The notes: generated by a model not told the origin, from the sequence alone. DNA of 64,000 bases from Amoebidium appalachense (GCA_963693365.1 CAVNZM010000004.1:5148564-5212563), one strand, 5' to 3'; positions 36,400 to 51,856 are shown, counted from the stretch's first letter. Program-made: numbers and translations.

Positions 36400-37104
36400 T
36401 GTATGTGTGTATGTGTGTATGTGTGTGTCTGTGTGTGTGGTGGTAGTGGTGGTTGTGTGGGTTGGGGTGGGGGTGGGGGTGTTGTGTATGTGTGTGTGTG
36501 TGGTGGGGGGGGAGTGGGGGAGGATCGTGTGTGTGTGTGCATGTGTATGCATGTGTCCGTGATGAGCATATATTATGTCGAGACGGGGATTGCGAGGCTC
36601 TGTTTTTAAGTTGTTGTTCATATTTATAAATGGGTGGGACACCCTTCCAGAATGGCCTACATATTGCGGAGGTAAAATGATTCTATAATTTCTTACAAGC
36701 AGTTGCAGTTTTAACCACTTTCTGGGACAGCCTTGAAAAAAACTGCTCTTGCGAATGTTTCCTCCGTATTCCTTGTCATGCCACCACGAAAGTGGGATAT
36801 TTTTCAACGATGAATACATCTCAATACGCTTATTACGGTATTAAACAGCCCCTTAAGTGGCTGTTGGAGTTTGAAATTGATTCTGCTCAGTGGATAATGT
36901 TACATACAATAAGTGACCGTTATGCCACGTCACATGGTGTACATATATCGATATGTATGGCCCCCTGCCGCTTGCAACTGTGGACGCCACATCAATTTTC
37001 GTTCTCAAAATGGCTGCAGCTGAGAAAACTTGGGAATGGCACTTGTATCGCCTTGTATCGCTCAACGACCACAAGTATTTTCCGACTTTGTTTTCCGGTA
37101 GTTT

Positions 37105-37287
37105 TTAGCAGCCGAAAGAAGCCACGCCCATGCTAGTCCAGCACTTGCCCTGGCCTGGGCAGTTGTATGAGCACTGGGGGCACCACTTCTGGCCCGTGGT
37201 GGGCTGGGTGGTGGTCTGCTGCCCGGTGGGGGCCCCAGCCGGCTGGTTGTACACGGCAGCGTTTGTGGATGCGTTCGTCTTGGCCAT
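37105..37287 (-). CDS. Probable small Cys-rich peptide, 60 aa, intronless, unknown function
   Basis: MAKTNASTNAAVYNQPAGAPTGQQTTTQPTTGQKWCPQCSYNCPGQGKCWTSMGVASFGC*. Strong C/G third-position bias in an AT-richer neighbourhood. Start context CAAAATGG, matching the Ggamma start context. TATA-like CTATAAAA about 100 bp upstream. Confidence 0.65.
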   Translation of the reverse strand: MAKTNASTNAAVYNQPAGAPTGQQTTTQPTTGQKWCPQCSYNCPGQGKCWTSMGVASFGC

Positions 37288-37380
37288 TTTGAAAATGTGT
37301 AGGGGTGGGGGAAATTAGGAGGAGAAGTGTGTTTTGCTTGGCGTGACGTGCAATAATGTGTGAGAGTGGCTTTGCTCGCG

Positions 37381-37389
37381 TTTTTATAG
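37381..37389 (-). promoter_or_regulatory. Putative TATA box of the Cys-rich peptide gene
   Basis: CTATAAAAA on the minus strand, about 95-100 nt upstream of the ATG at 37287. Confidence 0.5.
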
Positions 37390-38271
37390 GTCCATCTGGC
37401 GTCAAGGAAAGATCCGGGACCGTGGAGGGTCAGCTGATGGAGTTTATGTTTCAGGGTTCGAATTCGAATTTTGGATCTGGTGTTGACTCCTTGAGTTGTA
37501 CCTGCACTGTACTTTTAGCACCTTAGGCGCCATAAAACCAAAAAGACGGAACCTTCACAAAATAAAGGGCAGAAATAGATTCATAAATAAAACGATTACG
37601 TTAGAGGCTTGGTGTCTGTTGTTACGGTAGGAATATATGTTCGTTTGTGTCTTCGAACGAACAGCTGTGAAGATAACAGCAGGTGCCCAGCAAACATTTT
37701 GAAGTCTGGCATGGCTCACAGATGGATACACTGATTGGCTTAAAGGCAATAGATAAATTCGCGATCTAGATTCTAATTGGTTTAGCCATTTGTTTACATC
37801 CATATTTGATTATAGCCGAGGACACTTAGACGAATCGAATGCGAATAACCATAATCAATGTACATCAGGGATCTAAATGGCCGTTTATGCTGCTTTCGAT
37901 GTCGAACGTGCGGCCTTTTTCTGTAATGTTTGTATTCATGAAAAAAGGCTGGCATTGGCAAGAAAAACACTTGCTAAAACTCAAGGTATAGAAGAGGTTC
38001 ATGTCATATGTCATGCTGTGGCCGGCTCCAGTGCGCCAATCATCATAACACGGTACAGCAGTGTTTCATTTGTAGGGTGTGTGGTCATTCGATTCGAATT
38101 CGGAAGTTTTTCACCGTGTGTGTTCAAAGCGTGCGTGCTGAGGCAAGTGTCATTGTGTGTGTATGGCAGATGGCAATACATGCACGTGCATGTGTGCGCG
38201 TGTGATATAATTGCGTGTGAGTGAAGTAGAATACGATATTTAGGGGAAAGGCTTATTACTGTATGCACCCG

Positions 38272-38474
<203 letters not shown>

Positions 38475-38755
38475 CACGTTTACGTGGCACCGTGTGTGTA
38501 CACACGTGGGTGTGTCTCAGGCTGTGTGTTTGTGTACAGTGTATATTTTTTTTTTCATCCCGTCTTGTTAAACGTCCTGGAGGTACCCCCGAGGGGCCCT
38601 CACAGGAACTTTCCGCCTTGCGGACTCACACAACATGTACACGACAATACCTTAGTCTTATAGGGTACTAGAGTTGCAGGAAGCTATTGCTACCATGCCG
38701 TTACCAATTGCAATCCGAACTACTAGCTAGAACACACTTAGTCCCGGGGTGACAC

Positions 38756-39909
38756 TGTTGGAGTGCAGACTTACGCTCACTCCACAATATGTGTATGTTA
38801 GCTTTACAATTGGTTCCGTGTACACAGACACACGCTGACACTCGATCACCACATGCACATCTGCATAGTTGAGGAATGTTGCCAATTGTGTTTTGACTGC
38901 AAACGATTGGTTCACTGGTCCCAGAGATCTCTAAATGAAAGTAACCAATCCGATTAGCACCTGGCATCCGGATTACATTCCAGACTGCTGCCCCACGGGT
39001 ATATAAACCACGGCTCTGCCAGGTGCAGAAATGGAGTTCAGTCATGGAGTTAAGTCATGGAGTTAAGTCATGGAGTTCAGTCATGGAGTTAACACACTGA
39101 AAGCAGTAAAAAAACGGGTCAGCGCCCAAGCGCGCCACGACGACCCTAGTCACAGCGGACTCTACTTCCAACAGGGTTATGGGCCCAGACACGACACCGC
39201 GGCCTCTAACTTCACGTCCCCTACGACGCCTTGAACGGAGGAGCCCAGAAACCGACTTCTAGGCTGTACCCTACACCCGCGAGCGTATTTCCGTGAAGTA
39301 GAGACTTTCGCTTCCACAAACTCCATCCGCAGCAGCCTGCGACATCAACGTCAAGTATTCCACTTCATTGGCGGGGCACGCACCACAGTGGAATGCACAC
39401 CCCGGTCTACCCTGCAAGCAGCCACACTCACTCTCTCTTCTCTACAGTGGTGTGTACACTTCTCCAATTGGGTAGGGGTGTTGGAGTGCAGACTTACGCT
39501 CACTCCACAATATGTGTATGTTAGCTTTACAATTGGTTCCGTGTACACAGACACACGCTGACACTCGATCACCACATGCACATCTGCATAGTTGAGGAAT
39601 GTTGCCAATTGTGTTTTGACTGCAAACGATTGGTTCACTGGTCCCAGAGATCTCTAAATGAAAGTAACCAATCCGATTAGCACCTGGCATCCGGATTACA
39701 TTCCAGACTGCTGCCCCACGGGTATATAAGCCACGTCTCTGCCAGGTGCAGACATGGAGTTCAGACATGGAGTTCAGTCATGGAGTTAAGTCATGGAGTT
39801 AAGTCATGGAGTTCAGTCATGGAGTTAACACACTGAAAGCAGTAAAAAAACGGGTCAGCGCCCAAGCGCGCCACGACGACCCTAGTCACAGCGGACTCTA
39901 CTTCCAACA
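38756..39909 (+). mobile_element. Complete non-autonomous copia-type LTR retrotransposon (TRIM-like), 1154 bp
   Basis: LTR1 38756-39173 (418 bp) and LTR2 39479-39909 (431 bp), both TGTTGGA...TCCAACA. 5-bp TSD GACAC at 38751-38755 and 39910-39914. PBS GGGTTATGGGCCCAG at 39174-39188. Purine-rich PPT GGGTAGGGG before LTR2. 305-bp non-coding interior. Confidence 0.95.
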
Positions 39910-40249
39910 GACACCCCAGCCTCGCCGGTGGTGGGGGCACTAGCCCTCCCCTCCACTCAAGGCCTACGAATACAATAATTTAGCTACGGGCTCTCATTGG
40001 TTCGACTACGGTAGTGGTATGCCAGTCCAGTGTGTTGTATGTCATGTCCACGGTGGGTATGGGTGTATGATGGAGCGTGGTGGTGCCACGGGGGGAGGGG
40101 GGGGGGGGGGGGGGGGGTTGCTACCTAACAGATAGTGATTTTGTAACTGCTTTGTAGCCACGGCGTTGTATGCGGCCTCGGATTTGGACGGTTGTGTGGG
40201 TTTGTGTGTGTGCCTGCAGTTGGGGCATGCTGGCTGTGTGTGTGTGTGT

Positions 40250-40304
<55 letters not shown>

Positions 40305-41471
40305 GGGGGGGAGTTTTTTTGGGGGGTTTCGGTGAGGCTTTGTTTTTCTGTTTACGAGTAGTGTTTGTGTGGTGGTTGTTTTTGCATTTTGGGGTGTGTG
40401 TTGTAGTCCGTGGGTACCAGATTCTTAAAAAGAAGAAATTCAGTTTCTGCAATCAATACCGCAATTTTTTCTATTATGGCCCGGGTTGGGGTTCGGTGGT
40501 ACCGGTGGCTGCTAGCAGGTGGCCCATCTGATCGTGGGCAGAATCCTCGTTCTATCCACTTGCAATTGAGGTCCTCGGGGTCCGGTTGGTCTGCAGCTGT
40601 TACCCTCCTATCTATCCTTTACAACCCTGCACGTGCAAACGGTGCTACTAATGGCACCGTCGATGCCGTGTGCTGGTGTTGTGCCGTGGCGGTTTTTGGG
40701 TGCCGGGTGTGCAGCACGTTGTGGATGCGTGTTTGTGTACATGTGTGCGGTGTATATTGGTACCCAAGGAGATAAAAGGCCTGTCCATGTGAGAGTGGGT
40801 GTGCCAGTGGGTGACTGCCTCCCATGATAAATACATCATGACGTATGTGTGTGCCGCAACTTCATGTTTACTGCATGTGCATTCTTGTGTTCGTGCGCCA
40901 TGGTGGTGTGTGCGCATGGGATTGCGTGCATGTGTTTATCAGAATATCTGTGTATACATATATGATGTGTGTGTGTGTGTGCGGGTGATTGTGCGTGCGT
41001 GTGGGTATGACAGTGTGTGTGCACAGATGTATAGCATGTTTCGCTAGTATATATTACATGTACACATTTGTGTGCATTTTGACCGCATTTCAACCGATGA
41101 TCGATGATAACCGGACGAGAAACTGGGGGTGGGGGGCAGGGGCCAGCCCCATCCATTGGGGCGAACAGCTAGGGGGAAAGTCGGAATATAATGTGTATGC
41201 ATGTACAGTGGGCCCACTACTAGCAGCCACCGGCACCACCGAAGCCACCACACGGGCCATCATAGGAAAAATCACAGTAGAATTGCAGGCTTTGTTCTTT
41301 TTAGAATTTGGCACCCATGCGACGTAACACAACACTCCCACCTACCCACCCCAAAATGCAAAAATACCACCACACCACCACCACCCGTAGAAAAAAAAAC
41401 GGCATTACCCAAACACAATGCCCACACAAACACCCCCCACTCACACACACGGCGGCTCTGTGTGCCGGCAC

Positions 41472-41574
41472 ACACACAGACCCACAGTGCCCTGCACACA
41501 TACAGACCCACAGTGCCCTGCATACACACAGACCCACAGTGCCCTGCACACACACAGACCCACAGTGCCCTGCA
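41472..41574 (+). repeat. Minisatellite, 4 copies of a 24-26 bp unit
   Basis: Unit of CA repeats followed by GACCCACAGTGCCCTG, repeated four times. Confidence 0.9.
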
Positions 41575-42065
41575 AACGACATCTTTTAGCTCACAACAGC
41601 ATTGCCACAAAGTATGTACAACACATTATTAGGAAGCAACCCCCCACCACCACCACCACACCCCATCATCCACCCCTACCCCCGGGCATTCCACTACTAT
41701 GCATAGGTCGACCAATGAGAGCCCCTGTTTAACGTTTATTATTAGGATTTGATTGGAGAGGAGGACTGGTGCTCTTGCCGGCGTGGCTTGGGTAGTAGCC
41801 CTGGGCAAAATGTGTGCTTATAGTTAGGATTGTGAAGGATGGTGCAGCTTAGCTGAACACAATAGCACCCTAACTAGTGTACTGTCGGTGCTGTGTGTGG
41901 TAGACGGTAGTTTCCCTATAGGGCCTCAAAGACCCTTCGGGAACAAAACGTGATAAAAAAAACTTTATTAAAATATGCATGCATCATCATACGGTATGCG
42001 CATTCGGATTCAAAAGTCCAATTCTAGGGAAAGGCTTGGGGACCCCTGGGGCCGGGGGGGGAGGG

Positions 42066-42097
<32 letters not shown>

Positions 42098-42273
42098 AAA
42101 TGCACAAGACCGGTTCCCAGGCCGGATGATGAGTCAGACTTCGCTACGTGACATAAATAATTATGTGCAAAAAAGAACACACTGGTGCACGTCACATCAC
42201 CTTATAAGGGGATCTTTGGGGGGAAGGGGAGGAGGGGCTGAGGGGGAGGGGGGGGGGGGGGGGGGGGGGTCGA

Positions 42274-42305
<32 letters not shown>

Positions 42306-42471
42306 CGACATATATTGTGTATGCACGAAGGCCGGCCACACACGGCTTTACAGTCTGAGATGATATATAAGAAGGTGCAGGCATGGCCGGGAAAACGAAT
42401 CCCAGAGGCCGCTCTTGTGTAGTAACAGTTTTCGCAGGGGAGGAGGTCCTGGAGCTCGAGGGTATGGGGGA

Positions 42472-42507
<36 letters not shown>

Positions 42508-42819
42508 CGTCCGTGTATACAGTAACTGTAGTCGTGGGAGGACAGCAGAATTGCAAAACATCAGAACCCTTCCCTGAAATTTTCTTTTAAAGAAATCCCC
42601 GGGCCCTGCGTTCCCTGAGAAGAAAAAGTAGGAGGGGGGACGCGGGGGGGGGGGGGGGGGGGGGGGGGGAGGGATGGTGCGTCGGTGTGTTCATTGGGGG
42701 GCTGTAGGATGACTCCCGGGAGACGGACCTAATATTTATTCATGTCCTCTAACTGCCCTACCTTCCCGCCTAATATGAATGTGTATGTGTCAATCGCAGA
42801 TCATATGTATCGGGAATAC

Positions 42820-42858
<39 letters not shown>

Positions 42859-42902
42859 GTGGTGGTGTTTGTGAGTGGTGGTGGTGGGGGGGGGGGGAGG
42901 GG

Positions 42903-42941
<39 letters not shown>

Positions 42942-43467
42942 GGGGGGAGGGACACTTGCTGCCATGATTTTCAGCTTTTGTCCTACTCCTTTCACTTGTA
43001 CAGTCAACGCTCCCTTGATACAAACATGAGGTCAAAAGATCAAATTAGAAAGATAAGGAGCAGCCTGCGGGTCTAGTTATACTATAGTAGTCAGTTTTAC
43101 GAGTTACGAGCTACAACAACAGAAAGGGTAACTCGTGCAGCGATAGAGCTCCATATACAGTGTGCGTCCGCGCGCAAGATTGTCCGCTAACAAGATTCGG
43201 TCGACGCCGAGTTTGCCAAAATTTTAAGATTGCGCCGACGGGCCTATTTTCAGGGCAATCTTAACTTTTATGTGGGGCGCGGTCGTTAGACTCAGTTCAC
43301 GGCAACGAGTCCCCCCAAAACCGTAACTTCAGCATTTTGCGCAGCATTTTTAGCTATTTCCCGTTTCCACTTGCGCTCGGGTTCGAGTCCGGCTCAGCTG
43401 TCTTTTCAAAGTTTTTTTTTTTTTGCCCTCCCCTCCCCCCCCCCCCCCCCCCCCCCCCCCCAAAATA

Positions 43468-43900
43468 AACACACACACACACGCTCTCTCTCTCCAAACG
43501 GGGTACACACACACGTACACTGTATAACACACACACATATACACACACAGCGGCACGGTATGATAGCCACCGCTTGAACCAGTGCCCCACCGCGTGTTAA
43601 CACACCAACTTGCACGTGCCATGCCATGTTTCCCTCCCTTCCCCCCCCCCCCCCCCCCCCCACCTCCCCCCCTCCCCTCCCCCCCCCCCCCCCGACTAGC
43701 CCCCCCCCCCCCTCTCCCCCCCCCCCCAAACACACACACACGCTCTCTCTCTCCAAACGGGGTACACACACACGTACACTGTATAACATACACATACACA
43801 CACACAGCGGCACGGTATGATAGCCACCGCTTGAACCAGTGCCCCACCACGTGTTAACACACACCAACTTGCACGTGCCATGCCATGTTTCCCTCCCCTT
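43468..43900 (+). repeat. Tandem duplication of a ~170-bp unit separated by a poly-C tract
   Basis: ACGCTCTCTCTCTCCAAACGGGGTACAC..GATAGCCACCGCTTGAACCAGTGCCCCACC..GCCATGCCATGTTTCCCTCCC occurs at about 43481 and about 43740. Confidence 0.9.
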
Positions 43901-43935
43901 CCCCCCCCCCCCCACCTCCCCTCCCGGACCTGCCC

Positions 43936-43973
<38 letters not shown>

Positions 43974-44726
43974 CCCGGACTAAGATTATGAGGACGGCCA
44001 AAACTTGACCCTCTATTTGAAAATTAAGATCCCATCCCCACCCCCCCCCCAAAAGTGTGGAATTTTGGGCGCGGACGGAAACTGTAATGCAAAGAAAAGA
44101 GTAGTAGATGTGCGTGGAATCGGTAACTGTTGAATGGGGTGCGTGGAATCGGTAACTGTTGAATGGGATGCAATGACCAGCTCAGTCAGGTGGGGCACCA
44201 TCAAATCTGTAGGGAAATAAACCCTATTTCCCTTTGGCCCAATGGTGCTGGTGTTTGGATGGGTGGATGCACATCAACGGTCTTGTGTAGCTCTTAAGCA
44301 ACGTTCTCATCACATATCCACTCGGATCTTCTTAGAAAAATGTGTAGAGGCTTGTATGTTGATCTGAAAAAGTTGGGATCAAGGTGTAGAGCTTGATGCC
44401 AAATATTGAAAAAACTGCGGGCAGGTGCAAGAGAGCTTGGATGTGGAAAAGAAGTTGTGAGGCCTAGTATTAGTTTGTGGAGCAATCCACGGAGGTGGTG
44501 TCACAGGTTGGACAGTGGTTGTAGGGTATAAAAACAGATGGATGATGGTGTGACTGTCCACTGGGCAGAACAGATGGAATCTGCTACTGGGTTGTGCTCG
44601 TTCAAGTAAACATATACGTTTATAGAATGGGCTTGCACGCAACAGACAGCAAGTATGTTCCACCTTACACAAGAACCAGGCCTCCCCGCGCGGAAAGAGG
44701 GGGGAGGGGGGGGGGGGGGGGGGGGG

Positions 44727-45003
44727 GGTTGCATGCGACATAAAAGTACGAAGTACACAAGAACAACGGATAACACGATGCAGAGTGCAAACCATACATA
44801 AAGAGTATGGATAATAAGCAGAGCGCATCCTCAGGGGGGAGGAGGGGGAGGGTTAGAATGCTGTAGAGTATGAAGTACAGTCATAACGGACTACACAATG
44901 TAGAGTCCAAAGCACAAACCAGACATGAATGGGGAATAATAGTAGAAGCCCATCCTCAAGGGGGTCACAAGTCATCCACACACAACACCCGAGTTTCAAC
45001 CCA
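44727..45003 (+). repeat. Two tandem units of the G-tract-bounded dispersed repeat
   Basis: Units at about 44727-44835 and 44851-44965 end in AGCAGAGCGCATCCTCAGGG and AGAAGCCCATCCTCAAGGG, followed by GTCATCCAC..CCGAGTTTCAACCC. Confidence 0.75.
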
Positions 45004-45761
45004 TTCACCTTGTTAACGAAACCCAACTCAGATGCTGCTTCGGGGCCCCGACCAAGGGAAACAGCAAAACGTGCATGCACACACAACACTAAACTCCAGA
45101 AAAAACATTTTATTTTGTGCCGAGCTAAAACCACACTGGCACTCAAACAGAACCTTTTATCAAATTGTCATGTAGACCTTCTGATATCTAAACTTAACTT
45201 CACCAGTTGTTTTATAAAACCGTTCGAAAGCTGTAGTTATTTGTATGTACAGCATAGTGTCCGGCCGAGCTCTAACCCCATGTCACATTCTAAGTGTGCC
45301 CACATCACACCACCTCCCGATAAAGTTTTAAACACACCCTTATGCAGTGCCCCTCCCCACCTCACACGGCATAGACACACCCCACAACCCTTCCCCAACT
45401 CATTCCTGTAAACACTCGAAACCGCCCACTCCACCTCCTGCTTGTTGAAAAACAAAAGGTGTGTGCTGTTTGCTTGCTGACATTCTCGCACAACCCCAAC
45501 ACTATTTGTTATATTTTCAGTAAATTGTTCGGTTACAGAAGAACGTGCTAATCTGTCGTGAGTGCTGAGTGAACTGTTGAAACGTCGCCGTTTTGGAGGC
45601 ACAACCATACGAATGTGCATGTTTTCAGACCGTGCAAGCATAAAAGCGCGAGCTTAAAAGCCCACCCACTTCTTTGCAGCACACCCCTTGCGCAGACTCC
45701 CGCCCAGCTTCGCCCGCCTGCCCCAGCTTCTCTTTTCGTTTCTTCTCCTTCTTATGTTGCC

Positions 45762-45977
45762 CTAGAGAATGGTGCAGCCGCCCCCGCTCTTCTTGGCATA
45801 CGGGTTGTCCTTATCTTCAAACTTGCCCCACACGGAAGGAACAAGGGGATCTTTTGTCTCCGAGCAAAACTTCTTCAGCTGTGCAGACGCCTCGGAAACC
45901 TTAATACGTGGCAGCTCGAGCTCAGCACGTAGCCGGTCGTTGGCAGCCTCCAAACGCTGTGTCCTCGCATCTGCCAT
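45762..45977 (-). CDS. GNG: Heterotrimeric G-protein gamma subunit, 71 aa
   Basis: GGL-domain pattern RLRAELELPRIKVSEASAQLKKFCSETKDPLVPSVWG..DNPY with C-terminal CaaX CTIL. Intronless CDS, start context AAAATGG. Confidence 0.95.
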   Translation of the reverse strand: MADARTQRLEAANDRLRAELELPRIKVSEASAQLKKFCSETKDPLVPSVWGKFEDKDNPYAKKSGGGCTIL

Positions 45978-46932
45978 TTTTGTGGTTTCTGTTCGAACAA
46001 AACTCCGTGTATGCCTGTGTCTGCGTAAAAAATATATCCAACGGCGTGTCTACAAACCGTTGCTATATAGCTATGAACGGTGAGCAGCAGAATCGCCTGG
46101 TTTTTAATGTCCTTCTAACAAGGTGATACGTTTATGTTGTGCACCGGGGAGTGTCTTTGTCTTCGTAACGAACCCGGAAAAAATAACGTACCGGCTGTGT
46201 AAAAAAGAAAATGCATTATTAGCCAGACAACACAGCGACGCTCGACCAATCACAATATTGTGCTATTCGCACAGATGATAAATTTGGCTTTAGCGGGTTC
46301 AAACTTTTTTAATGTTCGATTATAGTATTTGAATTGGTTAGTTGTAGTTAATGATTGGATATTTAGGCGTAACCTCAAGGTTTTGTATCGCGCGTTCCAA
46401 CGCTCCCACTTGGAATGCGTTGAAATTTTCGGCCGCAAAACTTGTTGACATAGGAAACACGTGTGTGTGTATGTACGTGGAATTTTTTTTTGGGTGTATT
46501 TTGGCCTCTTTCTTTCTGTTGTGTTTGTGTTTTTTTATGTGTGTATGTGTGTGTGACTGTGGGCGTGTTCGCGTATCCATGTGCGTGGTGCATGTGCGGT
46601 GCTCGTTATAGCTTGCAAGACGCAGCCCACATCTGGTGGCCGGCCTAAAGAAAACTGTTGCTAATAAAGGCCACTGGGCTCGTGAATGAGTCACAGATCC
46701 CATGTTTTCTGATGAAAGTTGTTAAATGACTCTACTTAGATGTGGAGAGGAATGTGTCGTGGAAACGCAAAATCCAGCAGAGTGACCACCGGGCTGGGCT
46801 GCCTTTGTCTTTACACAACCGACATCCGTGACTCCTACACATCACCGTACACATTGGGAACTTCTTTCCACTTCCTGAGCTTTTACGGTGCTGTGTTCAA
46901 GTCTTCGCGGCCTCCGTCTTGGGTCTCGTACT

Positions 46933-46977
<45 letters not shown>

Positions 46978-47017
46978 ACACACATCCAGTTGGATCCACG
47001 GTGATGAAGTAGGATCT

Positions 47018-50077
<3,060 letters not shown>

Positions 50078-50642
50078 AATTGAGTCAGGCTGCAACTGTA
50101 ACAACACGAACTCTGTAGTTTTACAGTGGCATTGTGATGGCAGCTGATAAGTTTTCCACTTGCAAATTTTAGGTTTCTTCACATGTGTGATTATCAATGG
50201 GTTGATAAATAGTATGTGTATACTCATGATCATGAATGATTCGTTATGTTGTCTGTGCAGCTAGCATGAATGGATGCATATGTCGGGACAGGTACCTCCT
50301 TTTTCTTTTTTTTTTTTTTTTTTTAAACGACCGATTGTTTACTTTTGCTTTTGTGATCATCTTGAGATTTTTCTTTAGGATGTCATCACACAGTGAGTAC
50401 TAGTGCATCACATCATAATGATAAAGGAACGAATGATAGCTTTTGGTGAGTTATCATGTTAGTTGAAACACTGATATCATTATCAGTTCAATGTGTGCTT
50501 TGGCCATGGAACGTGAACGGATTGGGGATTCGGCCTTGGCGCCAACACCCGGATATCGATCTACAACATAAACAGCACATGCCCATGGTCACTAAACTGA
50601 AAGCAAGCAACCTTTTCAGCAAAGGGCGCCCTCCCTTACTCT

Positions 50643-50678
<36 letters not shown>

Positions 50679-50992
50679 CCGCCCACCACGCACGCGTACG
50701 GGTTAGGTGAAAGAACAAACTGCATATTTTGCACACTCATACTTATTACATGTACACCCCGTCGAGGCACATGCATGCATGCATGCGTAGCTCCTGGTGA
50801 CACCAAAAATTCAAACGCCGTTAGTACACGCACTTAAGACTCCCCAACATATCCTTTCATGCCTTGCAATTACTACAGTGTTCAAATATTTCAAACCACG
50901 GGAACGCACACGCATGCACATGTGCACATGTACTCACACACAAACACATACGGAACAAAAAACGCAACATCACACACACTGCGCGAACAAGT

Positions 50993-51233
<241 letters not shown>

Positions 51234-51856
51234 GGGTTGCGAAACTTTGTGACACACAGGCATGGCTCGAGAAAATTATTACTGAAACAAACCCCACAAG
51301 TGTTAACCCCAGAATAGATCAGGTGCACATGAACGGACCGAGCAGTCGGCACGATCTTCGTAGTGAGTTTATTTTAGCTGTTTGTAGCGCCGTGACAGGT
51401 GGCAAATATATTACCCAGCGATACTTCTGTCCGTGCATCAGTTATTAACGCTTGACCCTTGTTATGTGTATGTGCCTATTGCTCCCCTGATTCATCATCA
51501 GAAGCAGCATACCTGAACTGTAACCCTAACCACATCCCCCCCCCCCCCCCAAACACACACACACACACACAAAAAAAAAAAAAGAAGGGAAAAAAAAACC
51601 CCCCTCCAACACTAAAATGTGGTGAAAAAAAGGAATGATTCAAAAAGGGAAGCCAAAAACAGGGCGACAAAAATTCAAAAAGAAAAATCATTGGTCCAAA
51701 CTAAAGCGAAACAAATGCAATCATCCCACTTACGCAAAAGACGAAGCGACACTGCCACACCTGCAAACCCCGAAAATACCATCCATCACATCAACATCCC
51801 CATCCCCCCCCCCCCCCCCTCCTCTCCCCCTTACATTCCATGAATTCCATAAGGTT

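Larger units (their letters stand above)
38545..41962. repeat. Pair of long diverged inverted repeat copies (foldback element or two opposed retroposon copies); the left arm is interrupted by the LTR element
   Basis: 38545-38755 plus 39915-40527 aligns in reverse complement with about 41210-41962, for example GGGCTCTCATTGG/CCAATGAGAGCCC, GGTGGCTGCTAG/CTAGCAGCCACC and TTTTTGCATTTTGGGGTG/CACCCCAAAATGCAAAAA. The outer ends are T-rich and A-rich. Confidence 0.7.

Noticed and set aside
39032-39092. Short regular direct repeats resembling a CRISPR array or iterons (also at 39752-39828)
   Set aside because: 13-bp head-to-tail units with no spacers, inside the LTRs of a retroelement, in a eukaryotic context with no cas genes.
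38701-39768. Duplicated ORFs of 62-114 aa (38701-39045, 39442-39768 and others)
   Set aside because: Antisense translations of the two LTR copies, with no recognisable protein motif.
42121-42150. GCCGGATGAT start reminiscent of tRNA-Sec
   Set aside because: The similarity stops after about 10 nt, with no TCA anticodon arm or T-arm.
44242-44625. Plus-strand frame interrupted only by four TGA codons (selenoprotein, recoding or CpG-decayed pseudogene?)
   Set aside because: No recognisable protein family or SECIS. Such a run is expected occasionally by chance across six frames of 64 kb.
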